DNA of 63,017 nt, the filler included, from Folioceros fuciformis (lineage: Eukaryota): assembly GCA_049999805.1 (NCBI GenBank). It is 20 parts of 20 records of this genome, joined end to end, with 100 filler letters (N's around TTAATTAATTAA, not from the genome) between each part and the next. Parts side by side here need not be neighbours in the genome. Positions count along the whole stretch, not along the records: positions 21,056 to 23,850 come from JBNGIO010006822.1; positions 23,951 to 25,622 come from JBNGIO010006823.1; positions 25,723 to 31,056 come from JBNGIO010006824.1; positions 31,157 to 40,347 come from JBNGIO010006825.1; 16 more parts are not named here. The stretch is one strand, 5' to 3'. The notes under the pieces are model-generated. The model was not told where the DNA came from. It was given only the letters and a program-made list of their open reading frames with translations, and did not search any database. Positions 23,302-36,212 of this stretch are shown piece after piece. The first letter of the stretch is position 1, and every line of letters begins with the position of its first letter. The translations under genes were made by a program, and so were the position numbers.

Positions 23302-23850
23302 TCAATACGATAAGAAGACGGAGAACTCGCGAGCAGCTGGATCCTTGGGCTCACTCCAGGCCAGAACATCGAGGCCGCCATGCAGACTAAAACGGTCATG
23401 GTCTCCAAACATTTTACCACATGTGATGACAGGTACCTTGTCTTTACACTGCAACGTGCCTGATCCCAGTAGCTTCGTTGACTTCTGGTTCAATGTCCGC
23501 TGTTCCAGCATCCTAGCCTGTTCCTCCATAGAAGCCCTCAGGTCGCGCGCAACCCTTTCCTTAATAGAATTGTATGTTGTATATTTCCCCTGGTGAGTGT
23601 CGGAGATTGAGGCCATCGCTCGGTGACCTCCTGGTGCATCTGCACATTTCCGTTTCCGCATCGGGACGGATACACGGCTCGGTTCCCATTCACATATGGA
23701 TACGGGTTGGCTGGTCCGTCTCTCAGTGAAATCGACGAGATTCCAGAGTTCAGCAGATATATCCAGCTCGTTTTGCGACGTCTCCGCGGGAAGCAGTTCG
23801 ACAAGTGGTTCCCCACTCGAATCCGTGATGACCGCGGGCTGTTCCCTCAG
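23302..23850 (-). CDS. Hypothetical protein C-terminal fragment
   Basis: The frame is open from the contig end (23850) to the stop at 23302, about 182 codons. It contains MRKRK (NLS-like) and a C-x8-C-GKMF...H segment. Confidence 0.3.
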   Translation of the reverse strand: MREQPAVITDSSGEPLVELLPAETSQNELDISAELWNLVDFTERRTSQPVSICEWEPSRVSVPMRKRKCADAPGGHRAMASISDTHQGKYTTYNSIKERVARDLRASMEEQARMLEQRTLNQKSTKLLGSGTLQCKDKVPVITCGKMFGDHDRFSLHGGLDVLAWSEPKDPAAREFSVFLSY

Positions 23851-26800
23851 NNNNNNNNNNNNNNNNNNNNNNNNNNNNNNNNNNNNNNNNNNNNTTAATT
23901 AATTAANNNNNNNNNNNNNNNNNNNNNNNNNNNNNNNNNNNNNNNNNNNNCACTCCAAAAGGGTCCAATATCCTGCATGAGTTTAGCAAACCTAATTTAA
24001 CAATCGAGTAAGATTCATGTATACTAAGCATCGAAACTAATGTCAGAGTTAATAAACTTACTTTGCATCGGAAAAAAAGAAAATGCCAAGTCACGGACTA
24101 AGTTGCGGCCTCCACCTACCTCATCAGGACCAAAAGACTTGCTATGGCATGCGGAGAGGGACGGCCACGTCAGTACCGGAGACCGGAAGACTGCCACGTG
24201 GAGAGAGATTACCACCTCACTCATGGTCTCAGGAAGTGTAAGATTGCCAGGGCATGTGAAGAGAGGCTGCCACTTCATGGCCTGGTATGGCTGCCTCACT
24301 CGTGGGCTTCGCGGCGGCCATTGTAGGGTTACGGAGCCTAAGCACCTGGGGGATGGCATACCAGTTTGTTAGCCCTATACAGTACGCACTAAACTTGGGT
24401 GTTAAAAAGCTACTGGAGCATCAGATTGCATTGCATGCCTTGACTGCATCGGTCACAACGAAGACCTGTCCTTTAGGGTCTCGTGTGTGAAGTGAAGGCA
24501 TACTTACGTGTCCATTGTTGGGGTCCCTCACCAAGAACATCATCCTCTAAGCAGCAAGCTGGTCCAGGATGTCCTTACTAAAGTTGGCTTTTCTTGGCCT
24601 GTCATACCACGTCAGTGCAAGCGATGCAGGGCAAAGCAAAGTCTCAAAAGTTGGAGCGGTTTGGTTGAGTTGAAGTCCCAAGACTCTCAACTCATAGACC
24701 AAGCCCGCAGAAAGAGAGACCGGCCCGGCTGCGCAAACCCGCGTGTCAGTACCTACATCCACACACCGTGCCCTGAAAAGCTGGTGTGATCAACTCTGTG
24801 GCCTCTACCCCGGAAGGTCATCCTTGCCTTCCGTGAGCGGGGGAGGGGACCGGTGGATAAGGTTAATGCTCATCTCTGTACTTCTTCATTGGCCTTTATG
24901 TAACACATAACACAGTAGCGTGAAACATGAACACTATCAACCACGAAACGCCGGGGTGAGAGCCTCGTCAGATAGTCAGATTGCGGCTACGAAACACAAC
25001 ACAGGCAGGCAGTTGTTGTCTCATCAACAGGCTTGGTGTTGTCACACTAAGCCTGGAGAAGACGAGAGCAGTTGCGTAGCCGTTTCCGAATCAGAACTTT
25101 GTATGGCTGCATGTAAACACATACGGAACAGGGAGGATACCTTGGTGACGCTCTGACTGCTGGATCATTGCACAGCCAGGAAACTTACGATCCTATGCGT
25201 AAGCACTTCCTGAACATGCGTTGTAGAAAAGTGTCTGAGCCTCTCCAAGTGTCCCCGGCAGGAGCCTCTGACCAGTGTCGGCTGAATTAAATATAATATA
25301 TTGGATGGCATCACTTGCGTGCCAGTGCATGGGGAAGTTGCTCCTCCTCCCAGGCCCAGGGCCCCGGCCTGGCAACGGCCCCACACTGCTGTAAATTCGC
25401 ATCCAACCAACGATACACGAAATACGAACTAGTCTAGGGTTTTCACCTGGCAAGCTGGAGGGTTGTGTTCGTCCGTCCGGACGCCATTGATGATGGAAGG
25501 GGGGAATGCGTCCGGTGAGGACAAAACGGGGTATCTGCTTGGAATTAGGTTTGACCAACTCGGGCTCCAGCCCTCGGGGCATCATCTCAACGAAATGGGC
25601 AAAGGGGGAATGCTCACAGGGGNNNNNNNNNNNNNNNNNNNNNNNNNNNNNNNNNNNNNNNNNNNNTTAATTAATTAANNNNNNNNNNNNNNNNNNNNNN
25701 NNNNNNNNNNNNNNNNNNNNNNCAGCCACAGCTTCGCGGTGCCTCTGCGTGATCGACGACATTCCGCCAGTGCGGTTCCTGCTGGCTGCGGATGTCAGTG
25801 TTGTGAGGCCTGGGAGTGGCAGTTGGAGAAGGCACTCAAGCCGCACCCTCGTTGTTTGTGCAAATCACGAGGACTTTCAGAACTTGATTGGCTGCGTGCA
25901 GCTCCCCTTGTTCCGATCCTTCAATCAGATTGCCGAATGTGGGAGCTGGTAAGGGTTGCTGTGAACACTGAACCCTAGTTCTGCCGGCTCTTTGGCACCT
26001 AGATGTGTTGATATCGGTCCCCTTCTTCTGCGGTAAAGGCTCGTGTTTTTTAGCACCGTTGAAGTTGCTTCTGCTTGTTTGCCTCTCCGAATCGAAGTTT
26101 GGTTGTTTTCAACTGTTTAGCTACTGTGCATGATCTCTCGAAACCGAATTGGTGCTGAAGTTTTGTACTGTGACTGTCGTTAAGGACCACTTTGTCTTTC
26201 TTGCCAAGGGCTGAATGACATCCACTGTCGCTGTGGCATTTACTGTGCTAGATATTACCTCGGAGTGCATGAGCAAATGCTGATATGTTTCTCCTTCATG
26301 GCAGACTTCCTGGCATCTCGACAAGTCAGGACCAGAGATGCTGTTCCCGAGGTGAATCCAAGTTCAGGCACTGGAATTTCAAGGACCTGTGGCAGAAAGC
26401 CATATCTGATTTCGCTTATGTCTAGCACTTTGTAGGGCCTTTTTTCTGCATGGTGGACCGTGATTTTGAGCTGGCAATCCATCAAAGGTAAACTAACGGG
26501 TGCGTTCTATGATAGCATTTCAATGACATACAGATGGCGCGTAGATGAATTGTTCTGTGCTGAAGGCTGCAATTACAACAAATTTTGATTACGTGAGCTG
26601 GTGGACCTTGGCAGGTAAAGTTTTTGTGTGTACATGTCGCTGTTTATCATGATATCAACTCGACGTGGAAGTTTTATTTGGACCCTCTCTGGACGGTGCG
26701 ATCCTTCTTCTCGAGGATATATCCCGTCATTTTGACTCGACTTCTTGTAATCAGTGTTACGAGTTGTCTCCAGGTATGTTGGTGCGCTCTCCGCAGTGGC

Positions 26801-27260
26801 TTCGGCTCGTTCTGACTCAAGTTTCTGCAATGAGTGTAATGATGGTGAGTTCCACATGAGGTACGTTGGTACATTATTTCTTGTAGCTTTGGCTTCTCAT
26901 GTGCTATGTGCTAAGGCTATGTGCTTCAGCATGGGTTGGGTGTTCTGCAAGGGCAATGTGGGGAAATGGTAGTAAGGGAAACAGACGATCGAGCAGGTTT
27001 TCTACATCCGAGAATTGACGGATTTCTGCCTGCCACATCGTCTGACTCCCTATTCCCCTTAGTAAAGTTACATACATGACAAGGCTAATCGTATCATATA
27101 TGTCACACAGCTACGTCGGCAAAGGGAGTTGTGCTTGCGTCTCTCACCCTGCAACTGTGTCCCTTCAACCATGAAGCATGCTTGGTACATGGAGTCTCTT
27201 GAAAACAGCCTTCAGCCGTCTCCTTTGACCAGACATGCCCACGGCGTGACAGAAGTCAAT

Positions 27261-29922
27261 CTAGCAGGTTGGCAGAGGGGTAGGCGGAGGTGGAAGAGTT
27301 TGATGCCTGCCAACTCCATTTTTGGTGATGAAAGCCATTTCCATTCCCCAACTCGTGTGCAGTTCGATATGGCAATGCAGGAACCATACGCCTGCAACGA
27401 CGGAAACAGCACGGCTTCAACACTCGCGTCCAAGATTCTTAAGGCTTGCTCTTGACAACAATCAACTCCGGGTGGGAAACGTCAGAGATGTGTCAGGGCT
27501 CAGAAATGAAGCACATGTAGGCGGGGTGTGAAGGCTTCCTCAACAATCAATTCAAGGCAAAGGGAAGTCGCGTGCTTACCAGGATTGGTCGCCCGAAATC
27601 TAATAGCAGCCCATCCCCCCGAAGGAACGCCAATTGTATTCCTCAACGGGGGATCCACCAAGTTGAAACCGGAGGCGAGGCTGGTGTTGTAGTTACCGAA
27701 GCCCGTGCCAACGATGTAAAAGCTCTGGCCGTGGAGGTGAAAGGGATGGTTCTCGAAGCCAAAGATGCTCTGATCTTGCAGGATGAGCTCCACCCTGTCG
27801 CCGAAGTTGAGCACGTAAACCCTGGTTCCAGATTCCGCGACGGGGTTGGCGGGAGCCGGGCCAGTGTAGTTGAATGGATAGGGCGGCTGGCCGGGGAAAT
27901 CTGTTGTGTACACGCCGGTGATGTTGTAGTAGTACGCCTGCACGTTAAGGGTCCTGATCAGACGCTGAGCGTTCCGCCGGCGCGACGCGCAAGAACATGC
28001 ACGCACAATGTCCGTGGCCTACCTGCAGCAGGCTGATTGTGGGCGGCACAAAAGTGACGTTGTTGACGCTGCCCTGAATGCGTCGGGTGCAGGTTAGCGG
28101 CGGGGAGCAGGGCAGTAGGGTGTAGCCCACGGTGAAGAAAAGGTTGCGGTCGATGATGCGCGGCACGTCCATCTGGTACACCTGGTTGTTGAGCCCTCGC
28201 AGTTTGGCGTTGAATTGGGTGTAGCGTGCTGTATCGTTGACAGCGGGTAGGTCCGGGAAGCTGATGGATGAACTCGAGTTATCGTTGCAGGGTTCTTTGT
28301 ACTTGAGAATGGCAGTGGCAGGTATTTCCGGGTACGCCAGTGTGTTGAGAGGAGAGTAGGGGAACGTGGCCATGTAGAATTTGCCGCACCTGTGCGTGGC
28401 CTTGAGCAGAACGTTTGTGGTCTGGCCTGGAGCTACGGCGATGACGTCGGTGGTGTACTGTTTTGTGTATTCTCCATCCGCCTCCACTACCGTTAGCGTG
28501 TGGTTGGCGACTCCGAACCAGAGCTGGAAGTTCAGGGCTGCGTTGATGATGCGGAGGAGGTACGTCTTGCCTGAGATTACTGTCACCACCTTCGTTCCTG
28601 GTACGTGTGGCAACAAGAGAGCGCACTGCCAGGTGAATTCAAAATGTTTGGCACTGGCCCGCTGCTGCCAACCTGCGCTGATTGAATAGAAGGAGCATGT
28701 CTGCATTCAAGTATGATGGGATCGATATGTACCGCTTGCAGAACAGTTGTAAAAATCGCCAGGTTGCCCATTAATGGTAAGGGCATCAGACAGGTTGTAG
28801 CCGCTGGCTCCTGATTGTGCAGCTGCGGCCACGTCTTCGACGTTGGAATTCCACCACTCGCCTTTGAGTCAATCGGCCGAGAGCGCATGCAGGAGTACAA
28901 TTCACCCTTTTAGCACAAACAATCGAATGCAGAGGCTGCAGCGTAGTGCGGAGGTGGTGCCAGCACATGGATTAATTCAGACTGGGATGTCAGGACCCGA
29001 CTCGACTGGGCTGGACTCGACTGGCCATGGTCACTGATCAAGGTTGGTTGGAGTTCGGAGGAATTAGAAGAAAGTGGAAACGCACCGAAGATCAGGGTGA
29101 CCTCCTTATTAGGCAGAGCGAATGGGTAGAGCGGTTGCAGGCGCAGCGGTTTGGGCCGGATGATGAAGGCACCATGGACGGTTGCACGTAGCCAGCTGAT
29201 GTGAGCGTGCCAGAACAGAGTGCCCCTCTGGCCGTTGGCGATGAACTTGTGAGTATATGACTGGCCTGTCTGCACGGGGCATTGGGTGACGTAGGCAGGC
29301 CCGTCTGCCCAGGCTGAAAGCATTTGACGCACCCCATGCCTGGAAAGCCAGCCACACACGCGTCAAGAGCAATTCATGAACACTAGAATGAGCCAGGGGG
29401 GAGAAGCACGTTGCTGCTTGATTGCGGTACCAGTGAATGGTGACGTTATAGGAGACGAGATTGGTGACGGTCACAAGGACTACATCTCCTTCATCCACGT
29501 ATTGGGTTGGCCCTGGAAACTGCCCATTCACTGCCACTAGGGTCTTGGTTTGGCAGAGACGAGTGACATTGTGGTAATCCACCTGCATCCGAACCATGGA
29601 AATGAAGTTAACCTTGCAGTGAATTCATCCTCGCGATTATGCAGCACCAGTGCTCATCGGGCCTCCAGCTCTAGACATGTGCGCACGCGCACTTCAGCAG
29701 GGACTCACGACGATGACAAAAGGAAAGCTTGGTTACCGTCATGTTGAACCTCTTCACACTGGTTGTTGCCTGGGCAAGCGCACCCGGTGCAGGTTGTGCG
29801 ACAAGCAAGAAAACGTTAAGGTACAGCCACCATGTTGCTACAGCAAAGATCCCATGATGCCCCCGGCGCCGGATCCACAGGGCCATGGGAGCCGTGGTGG
29901 CAGTTCGTACGCGCGCATCCAT
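27261..29922 (-). CDS. LAC: Laccase (multicopper oxidase), complete, 7 exons
   Basis: HW|HG, WHAH, HPFHLHG and final exon [17 protein letters not shown]...PTC*. Hydrophobic signal peptide. Start is at 29922 or 29886. Confidence 0.95.
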
Positions 29923-31156
29923 GTCTTGTTGCAAGGCGAATCCTTGTAGTGAATGAGGAAGGCAGGTACCAGCGCCCCCGGACCAAGGCAGCTCCATCAT
30001 CCCCCAGCTTATGTAGCCTGGAGTGGTGTGTAGCCCCGGGTTGCTTCGAATTCTTGTCCGGCAATTAATTTCCGGCGCATGTGTTGCGTCAGCGTGGAGA
30101 ACACACTTCCTTCCCATCTTCATCTGACATGCTTCACAAACGACATGTAACGAAATTGCTGGATGTACTTGGCACACTTGGACCGGGCCCCCGGTGTTTG
30201 TCGAGCGGCACCCGTCAGCCACGTCGTCACTTCCTTGAAAATGTTGCGGCCGATTATGAAACTCTCTCACGGCGTGTCACCGATGTACCTCCCCATTCCA
30301 CGTCGACGGAACGCACCTACCGGCGACGATTGTGTCGCCACCGCACTTCCCAGAATCGCACCTCACCTCACCTCACCTCACAGCGTGGAGGTCGCGAATT
30401 CCGACTCCACGTCCGACTCCGGACAGTGAAGATGCGCAAGCAGTGCAAATCTAGCCAAAGCCAATGGATCATCCAGCCCGCGTTGCGCGCCGGCCTGCCA
30501 GCAAGCCGGTTGCAGCTTCTCCTTTATGGTGTTCCAGAAGCAGCACCAGAATACGAACCAGAACGCGTTCTCATTCGGCAAATGTGGAGGACATGAAATT
30601 TGCCTGCCACTCCACACTGCCGTGTGCTTTGCTTCCAGGTGCACGAGCTCACAGCTGCGCTCCCGGACGCGGCGCCTCCGGATCCATCCCACCGTCCAGG
30701 AGTCAAAGTCTGGTATCGCTGGGCTCAGGATCTCGCTGGCCGCATCCTCAATAATTAAACCCGTGCACACTTCCAGAGTTTGCATCTCCACCAACTCCTC
30801 TGTCCTGTGTGGTGATGCCGCATGCCTGGCAGAGGCTCCACCAAACCCTGTGGACCGGTTCTACAACACTCCCTCCTTTTGCAATCACAAGCTGGCTCGA
30901 CCACGACCCCTGCGCCAAGCACCCTGCTTCTCCACCTGTCCCGCTCCCGACACTCACACGCTGGCCTGGCCCCCACCCTGTCCTTCTGCCTTTCTCCATT
31001 TTCCTTTCCCCTTTCCACGTTTTCCCTTTCCCTTTCCCCCTTTCTCCCTTTCCCCCNNNNNNNNNNNNNNNNNNNNNNNNNNNNNNNNNNNNNNNNNNNN
31101 TTAATTAATTAANNNNNNNNNNNNNNNNNNNNNNNNNNNNNNNNNNNNNNNNNNNN

Positions 31157-32624
31157 CCTCTGGGGGGCCTCGGGACGGGGGGAAGCCAGCTGTCGCTGCA
31201 AAATGTGGTGTTTGGAATTGGAGGATCTGCGCAGCTGTGGCAACAGCGGAAGGAATTTATTAAGCTGTGGTGGAGGACCGGGGAGATGCGGGGATTCGTG
31301 TGGTTGGAGGAGAAGGTGAAGATTCTACCTGGGGAGCCGCTGCCGCAGGTTATGGTGTCTGAGGACACTTCCAGGTTCAGCTACACGCATCCCCATGGAC
31401 ATCCGTCGGGAATCCGGATCTCGCGTGTCATATCAGAGACGTTTAGATTAGGCTTGCCGGATGTGCATTGGTTCGTCATGGGGGACGACGATACCATTTT
31501 CTGCCCGGACAACCTGTTGCGGGTGCTCAGCAAGTATGATCCCAGTGAGATGTATTACATCGGTAGTTCTTCCGAGAGTCATAGGCAGAACACCGATTTC
31601 AGCAACAAGATGGCTTACGGCGGGGGAGGATTCGCCATCAGCTATCCCTTGGCTGCTGCCATCACGGACATGCAGGACGACTGTTTGGAGCGGTATCCAG
31701 AACTGTTTGGCAGCGATGACCGCCTTCAAGCTTGTATTTCTGAGCTCGGTGTGCCCCTGACCAAGGAGCCCGGGTTCCATCAGGTATGAAAACTGAATTG
31801 TGTTTTCGCTGTCACTATTGCAAGCGGCCTGACCCTGACCCTCATGATTTGTTGTTCTTCTGTAACAGTTCGATATTTATGGAAACGCGTTCGGGCTTCT
31901 TGCCGCTCATCCGGTTGCACCTTTTGTTTCCCTTCATCATGTGGAACTTATTGATCCCGTTTTCCCCGGGTACAGCACCTTGGATAGTCTCAAGCTTCTC
32001 ACACAGGCTATGCGAGTAGACCCTTCTAGTTTTTTGCAACAGTCAATAACTTATGAAAAGAGCCGATCGCTGTCCTACTCCATCTCCTTGGGCTTTGCGG
32101 TTCAGATTTTCCCTAACGTTATTCTACCAAGGGAGTTGGAGAGACCTGAGATAACCTTCAGGGCTTGGAATCAGCTAGAGAATCCCTTCGAATTTAGTAT
32201 GGACGGTCGCCCTGGTATCAGAGCAGTTTGTAAGCTGCCTTACATTTTCTTCATGGAGATGGTGGAGTACGAGGAGGATACTGGTACTGTAATGAGCATC
32301 TACAGACGTCATCGGCCTATAGACGAGAGGAAGAAGGGCTCCATTTGCTGGTCAAGCATGTATCCCCCTGAGAAGCTGGAGTCTGTGCGTGTTCGGCACA
32401 TACCATTAACTGTCCAATGGTCCAGGGTGAGCAGTCTCAGTCTTGTCTGCCTGCAAACTTGTCTTGCACTGGAACGATGGGATTTGGTTGCATTCGCTCA
32501 CAACAAGTGTTGCTTGACCTCTGTTCAGGTTCCGAGAAGGCAGTGTGCCCAGGTGGTAGGTTTGAAGGACAAGGTGCTGGATATAATGGTCCGACCATGT
32601 AAACAAGGAGAAACAGCATATTAG
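31157..32624 (+). CDS. DUF604 / Fringe-like glycosyltransferase (5'-truncated)
   Basis: VVFGIGGS, WFVMGDDDT, MAYGGGGFAISYPLA, GSDDRLQAC, EPGFHQ|FDIYG. Exons 31157-31783, 31869-32427, 32530-32624. Confidence 0.93.
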
Positions 32625-34200
32625 CTGTGGGCAAGAGGTGGAACCTCATCTTTTTTGTTGCAAGAGTTACAGCACATCTGTCATCTCCAATGGTGCTCTC
32701 GCAAGGGCACGTGACTCGTGGATTCCTCTAAGGAAGACGATGATGGAACTTGTGCCGGCTGCTGGAACCCGCAGCACGCACTCACAGGTTACTTTTTGCT
32801 ATGGACTGTTAACGGATACTTGATTTCTGTAAGATACGTACATACACATTTATTCAGTAGTCTTCACGCAGGAAGGGTGGTAAAAGCCATTGTAGCCGTT
32901 TGTGGCCTGTAGAGACTACTTGTGTGGGTCGTCAGCTATCTGACTCGCACTTCCCAGTTAGAGTTACGTTTCATCTTATCATTCCTTTGGTGCGCCATTG
33001 TGTACCAGTTGTGGCTCCCAGCTTTGGGATCCATTTTTTTTTTATGCGCGTCCTTTCAGCGCAGTGAATTGGTCGCTCCTGGAGCAATTGTACTGCAGTT
33101 GCCCAGTTGTACATATATAGATATGCGGGATATTGCACTGGCCAAAGCGATCCTGCACAGCGCACTTGGTCATGGTGCAAAAGCTCAACCTTTCTTATGG
33201 GGTGGAAGAGTCAGCTCTGAGCTCACTCGTTCAAAACCTTCTCCCCTGTGTCCAGTGTGACGGGCCATCCCTTCCAGTGTGCAACTTGCAGTTGCAGGAC
33301 ACTTGTGAGGTAGCAATTGTGCAGCTTCTGGTATAATTCCTCGCATCCCAATCCATCTGCAGGATGTCATAATGCTGTCGGAGGGTGTCCAGAAACCCTA
33401 GCTTCGGAGCATGTGACCACCACGTTCCACCCAGTGCTCGGCGCCTGAATCTGCGCAAAGGGAGCCAATGATTCAATGTGCGGCCGATAATATCCGAACC
33501 CACCAATCGTGCAGGCCTTTTGTCTGCCTGTACTTCCTCCGCCTTGGAATGCCTATGTCGTGATTGGTGCTTCCGGCTCTCCTCTGATCTCTCAAGCATA
33601 TGCAGTGATTGCAGGCGCGACAGGGACGACTCTCTTCGCCTCCCGCGGCCCGTCCCTGCGCCCTCGGCCAGCTAGACAACAGTCCCAACGTCCCCGAGTT
33701 CGGCCGTAGTGGGTGGGGTCCTGGGCCTCCTGACCACCCACAACCTCAGCAACAGTTAGGTCAGAAAAGGGAGAGAAGAGAACAAGAAAAACAAAAGTGG
33801 TACCAGCTTGGAGGTGCCCGAGTTCCAACGCCAACGTGCTTTCTCGGGCCTTCACTTCTTCCTTTTTTTTTCTCTATTCTCCTCTTTCTTCCAGACATCC
33901 TAATGCCCGCTTTCTGGTATGCACAGGACCATGGAAGCTGGAAGGAAGTGTCCCTGACCGGGACGACCGGCTTCGTGGAACCCGGGATCACGGCTCCTCC
34001 GAGCTCCTATCGTCAGTTCCCGCTGACCCCGGTTCCCGATCGAGACAAGGCCGTGACATGACATGACATGACAGCACTACTGTGCTTCGCCAACCCCTTG
34101 TTCATGAACGAATCGATTTTTTAGTCCTCCCCCACTTTCTGGTAACACTCAGCAACACCACAGGACCACTACACCGGATACAGAAAACCCCAAAATCAAT

Positions 34201-35618
34201 CTAAAAGAGCCTGAAATTGGCCATCATATTCGCATGCTGCTGAGAGAGCCAAAGCTGTTGATTGATTCTCATTATTTCAACTGCCATGTTCTCCGGGGTG
34301 ATCTCTTCCTTCCGCTCAACTCTTGGTCTTTCCTCCTCATCATCGTTTGTTTCTTCCTTCCGCTCAACAATTGGTCTTTCTTCCTCCTGATCGCCTGTTT
34401 CTTCCTTCTCCTTAACACTTGTTTCTTCGACAGCCCGTTCCAGTGCTGCAAGCTGACGAAGTGACGCAGGAGCCTCCTTTCTTACATACTGCCCCTGCTT
34501 CTCCCTGGTGAGTTCGAGGAAGCAATGCAGGCACAAGGTTTTGTCCTGTCTCCTGGAACACACCACACCCATGCACATCAGTTGTGGCTCATACCATCTC
34601 ACCTCACAACCAGACACGTACGAAGTGCACGGTGAGACGGCCCATACTTCTGGCTCATGAACGCCGGACCACAGATGGGAGTGACTGCACAGTGGGCGCA
34701 AGAAAGTACGAGCACATGGCGGACGCTCTCTTGTGGCGGGCGAACAAATCGACGGAAATGTTTTGGATCGATCTTCTGTTCGGTCAGCAGGGCGTCATAG
34801 CAAATCAGGCACAGCCAGGCGCCATCTTCATCCCTGTGACACAGTGACATTTGGTTACTAGAGTATAAAACTAGTTAAAAAACGTTAAGTTTACAGACGC
34901 AAGCTTGCAAGCAGGGAGTTCAGGGTACGATTCTCACACAAGGTTCTGGTAGAATGGAGCGCAAGTTGGAAAAACCCCGCATTCGCCACACTCGGAATAG
35001 AAGAAATAAACACGCTGGTGCGACTTGAAGATTGTTTTGCATTCCGTCAACTCCACCACCTCAAATGCAGTTGCTGCTTCCGCTTGCGGGTTGCTCGGGC
35101 TAGTGGCTTCCAGGAAGCAGGGGGCGCAAAGGTTGAAATGTGCTCTTCTGCAATTATTACATACCACCTGACATTCTGAGCAGCCAAAATCAACACAGGC
35201 CATTTCGTTGTAGCAGTTGTTAGCAGAGGGGATTCGTTTCTCTCACTCTCTGTGAGCATAGCGCAACCCTGTAATTGGAGAAGCCCCGCAACTGTCGCAG
35301 TCTATGCAATAGACCTGAAAAGGACGACTGTCGCTGGCTCTCGCAACTTTGATGAAGCTTTCAGGTGGATCTGATGTCTGTTCTTTGAAGCATTTCGAGC
35401 ACAAGTCGTAATCGGACCTACTGCTTTCAAGAGCACATGAAGCTGTCAGAAAGGAAGTAGCACAACTTGGACAAGCCTATGAAGATCACGTTCCCTTACA
35501 TTTTGGACTTGTATCGATTACCAAAAATCGACGACCTGCTGTTTGTAGCAGCACAGCTGCCATCGCAAACGATTCCCTCGTGATAATAGCACTTGCTGAA
35601 ACTCAGAGCAGGAGACAT
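34201..35618 (-). CDS. Protein with four tandem NBR1-type ZZ zinc fingers and an acidic tail (~346 aa)
   Basis: Exons 35618-35500, 35420-35247, 35147-34938, 34833-34648, 34552-34201 join in frame through GT-AG introns. First finger CDGSC..IFGNRYKSKI|RSDYDLCSKCF plus three diverged copies. TATA-like element near 35690. Confidence 0.75.
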
Positions 35619-36212
35619 GACGGTGGAACCTCCCCAATCGGCCTTGCACCCCTCCTCGTACAATGACTGGTGAGCGTTCCAATGCACATTATAGCGGCCA
35701 CCACGACCCTAATCAGCTGCGTAGACGCAGTCTTCAAGCGCTGCTTCCTGGAAGCAGTAGAGGGCGTCGTTTGAGCATGGAAATACTGTGCAACGATACG
35801 CTGCCCCCAGGATCGAAGGAACTAGCAGAGGGCGCCGTTCGAGCAAGTTGAACATGGAAATAACTGCAAAGATCCGCTGATGACAGGGTCAAAGCTGGCA
35901 CCCTTTTCCATTGGCGTGCAAGCAAGCTGAGCATGGGAGGAAGTACGGAAATACGCTTCCGATAGGATCACAAGGGCAGAAGAATTAACCTTCAGCTTAA
36001 TGCAAAACAGAGATAGAGAAATGAACTCCTATACAACGAGTTTGTTTGCGCCGAAATTCCATGGGCTTTCCGACGGCACACATGCTGGCATAGCGTGCTC
36101 AAGGTTACAGTCTGGTACTTTACAGTCTCATGCGACAGTCTCTCACATAAAAACCAGGATGAGTATAAGACGAACCTGGATTGTCCTCAAGTGTCAACTC
36201 TCCCCACTTCTG

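Noticed and set aside
24547..24762. SAM-binding motif I in CVDVGTD...LRVLGL
   Set aside because: The DVGT segment appears to lie in an intron (ctgac...gcgcag acceptor) and there is no GxGxG. Too weak.
25723..27100. Short ORFs downstream of the laccase
   Set aside because: No recognisable domain and no consistent spliced frame.
28528..28550. miR397 target site in the laccase
   Set aside because: Six mismatches, mostly opposite the miRNA 5' region.
29950..31056. Overlapping 170-200 aa ORFs upstream of the laccase
   Set aside because: GC-rich promoter or low-complexity DNA with (CCTCA)n and a pyrimidine tract. No protein-like features.
32700..34100. Several 60-150 aa ORFs between the DUF604 and ZZ genes
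   Set aside because: A small spliced gene is possible, but I could not build a coherent model.
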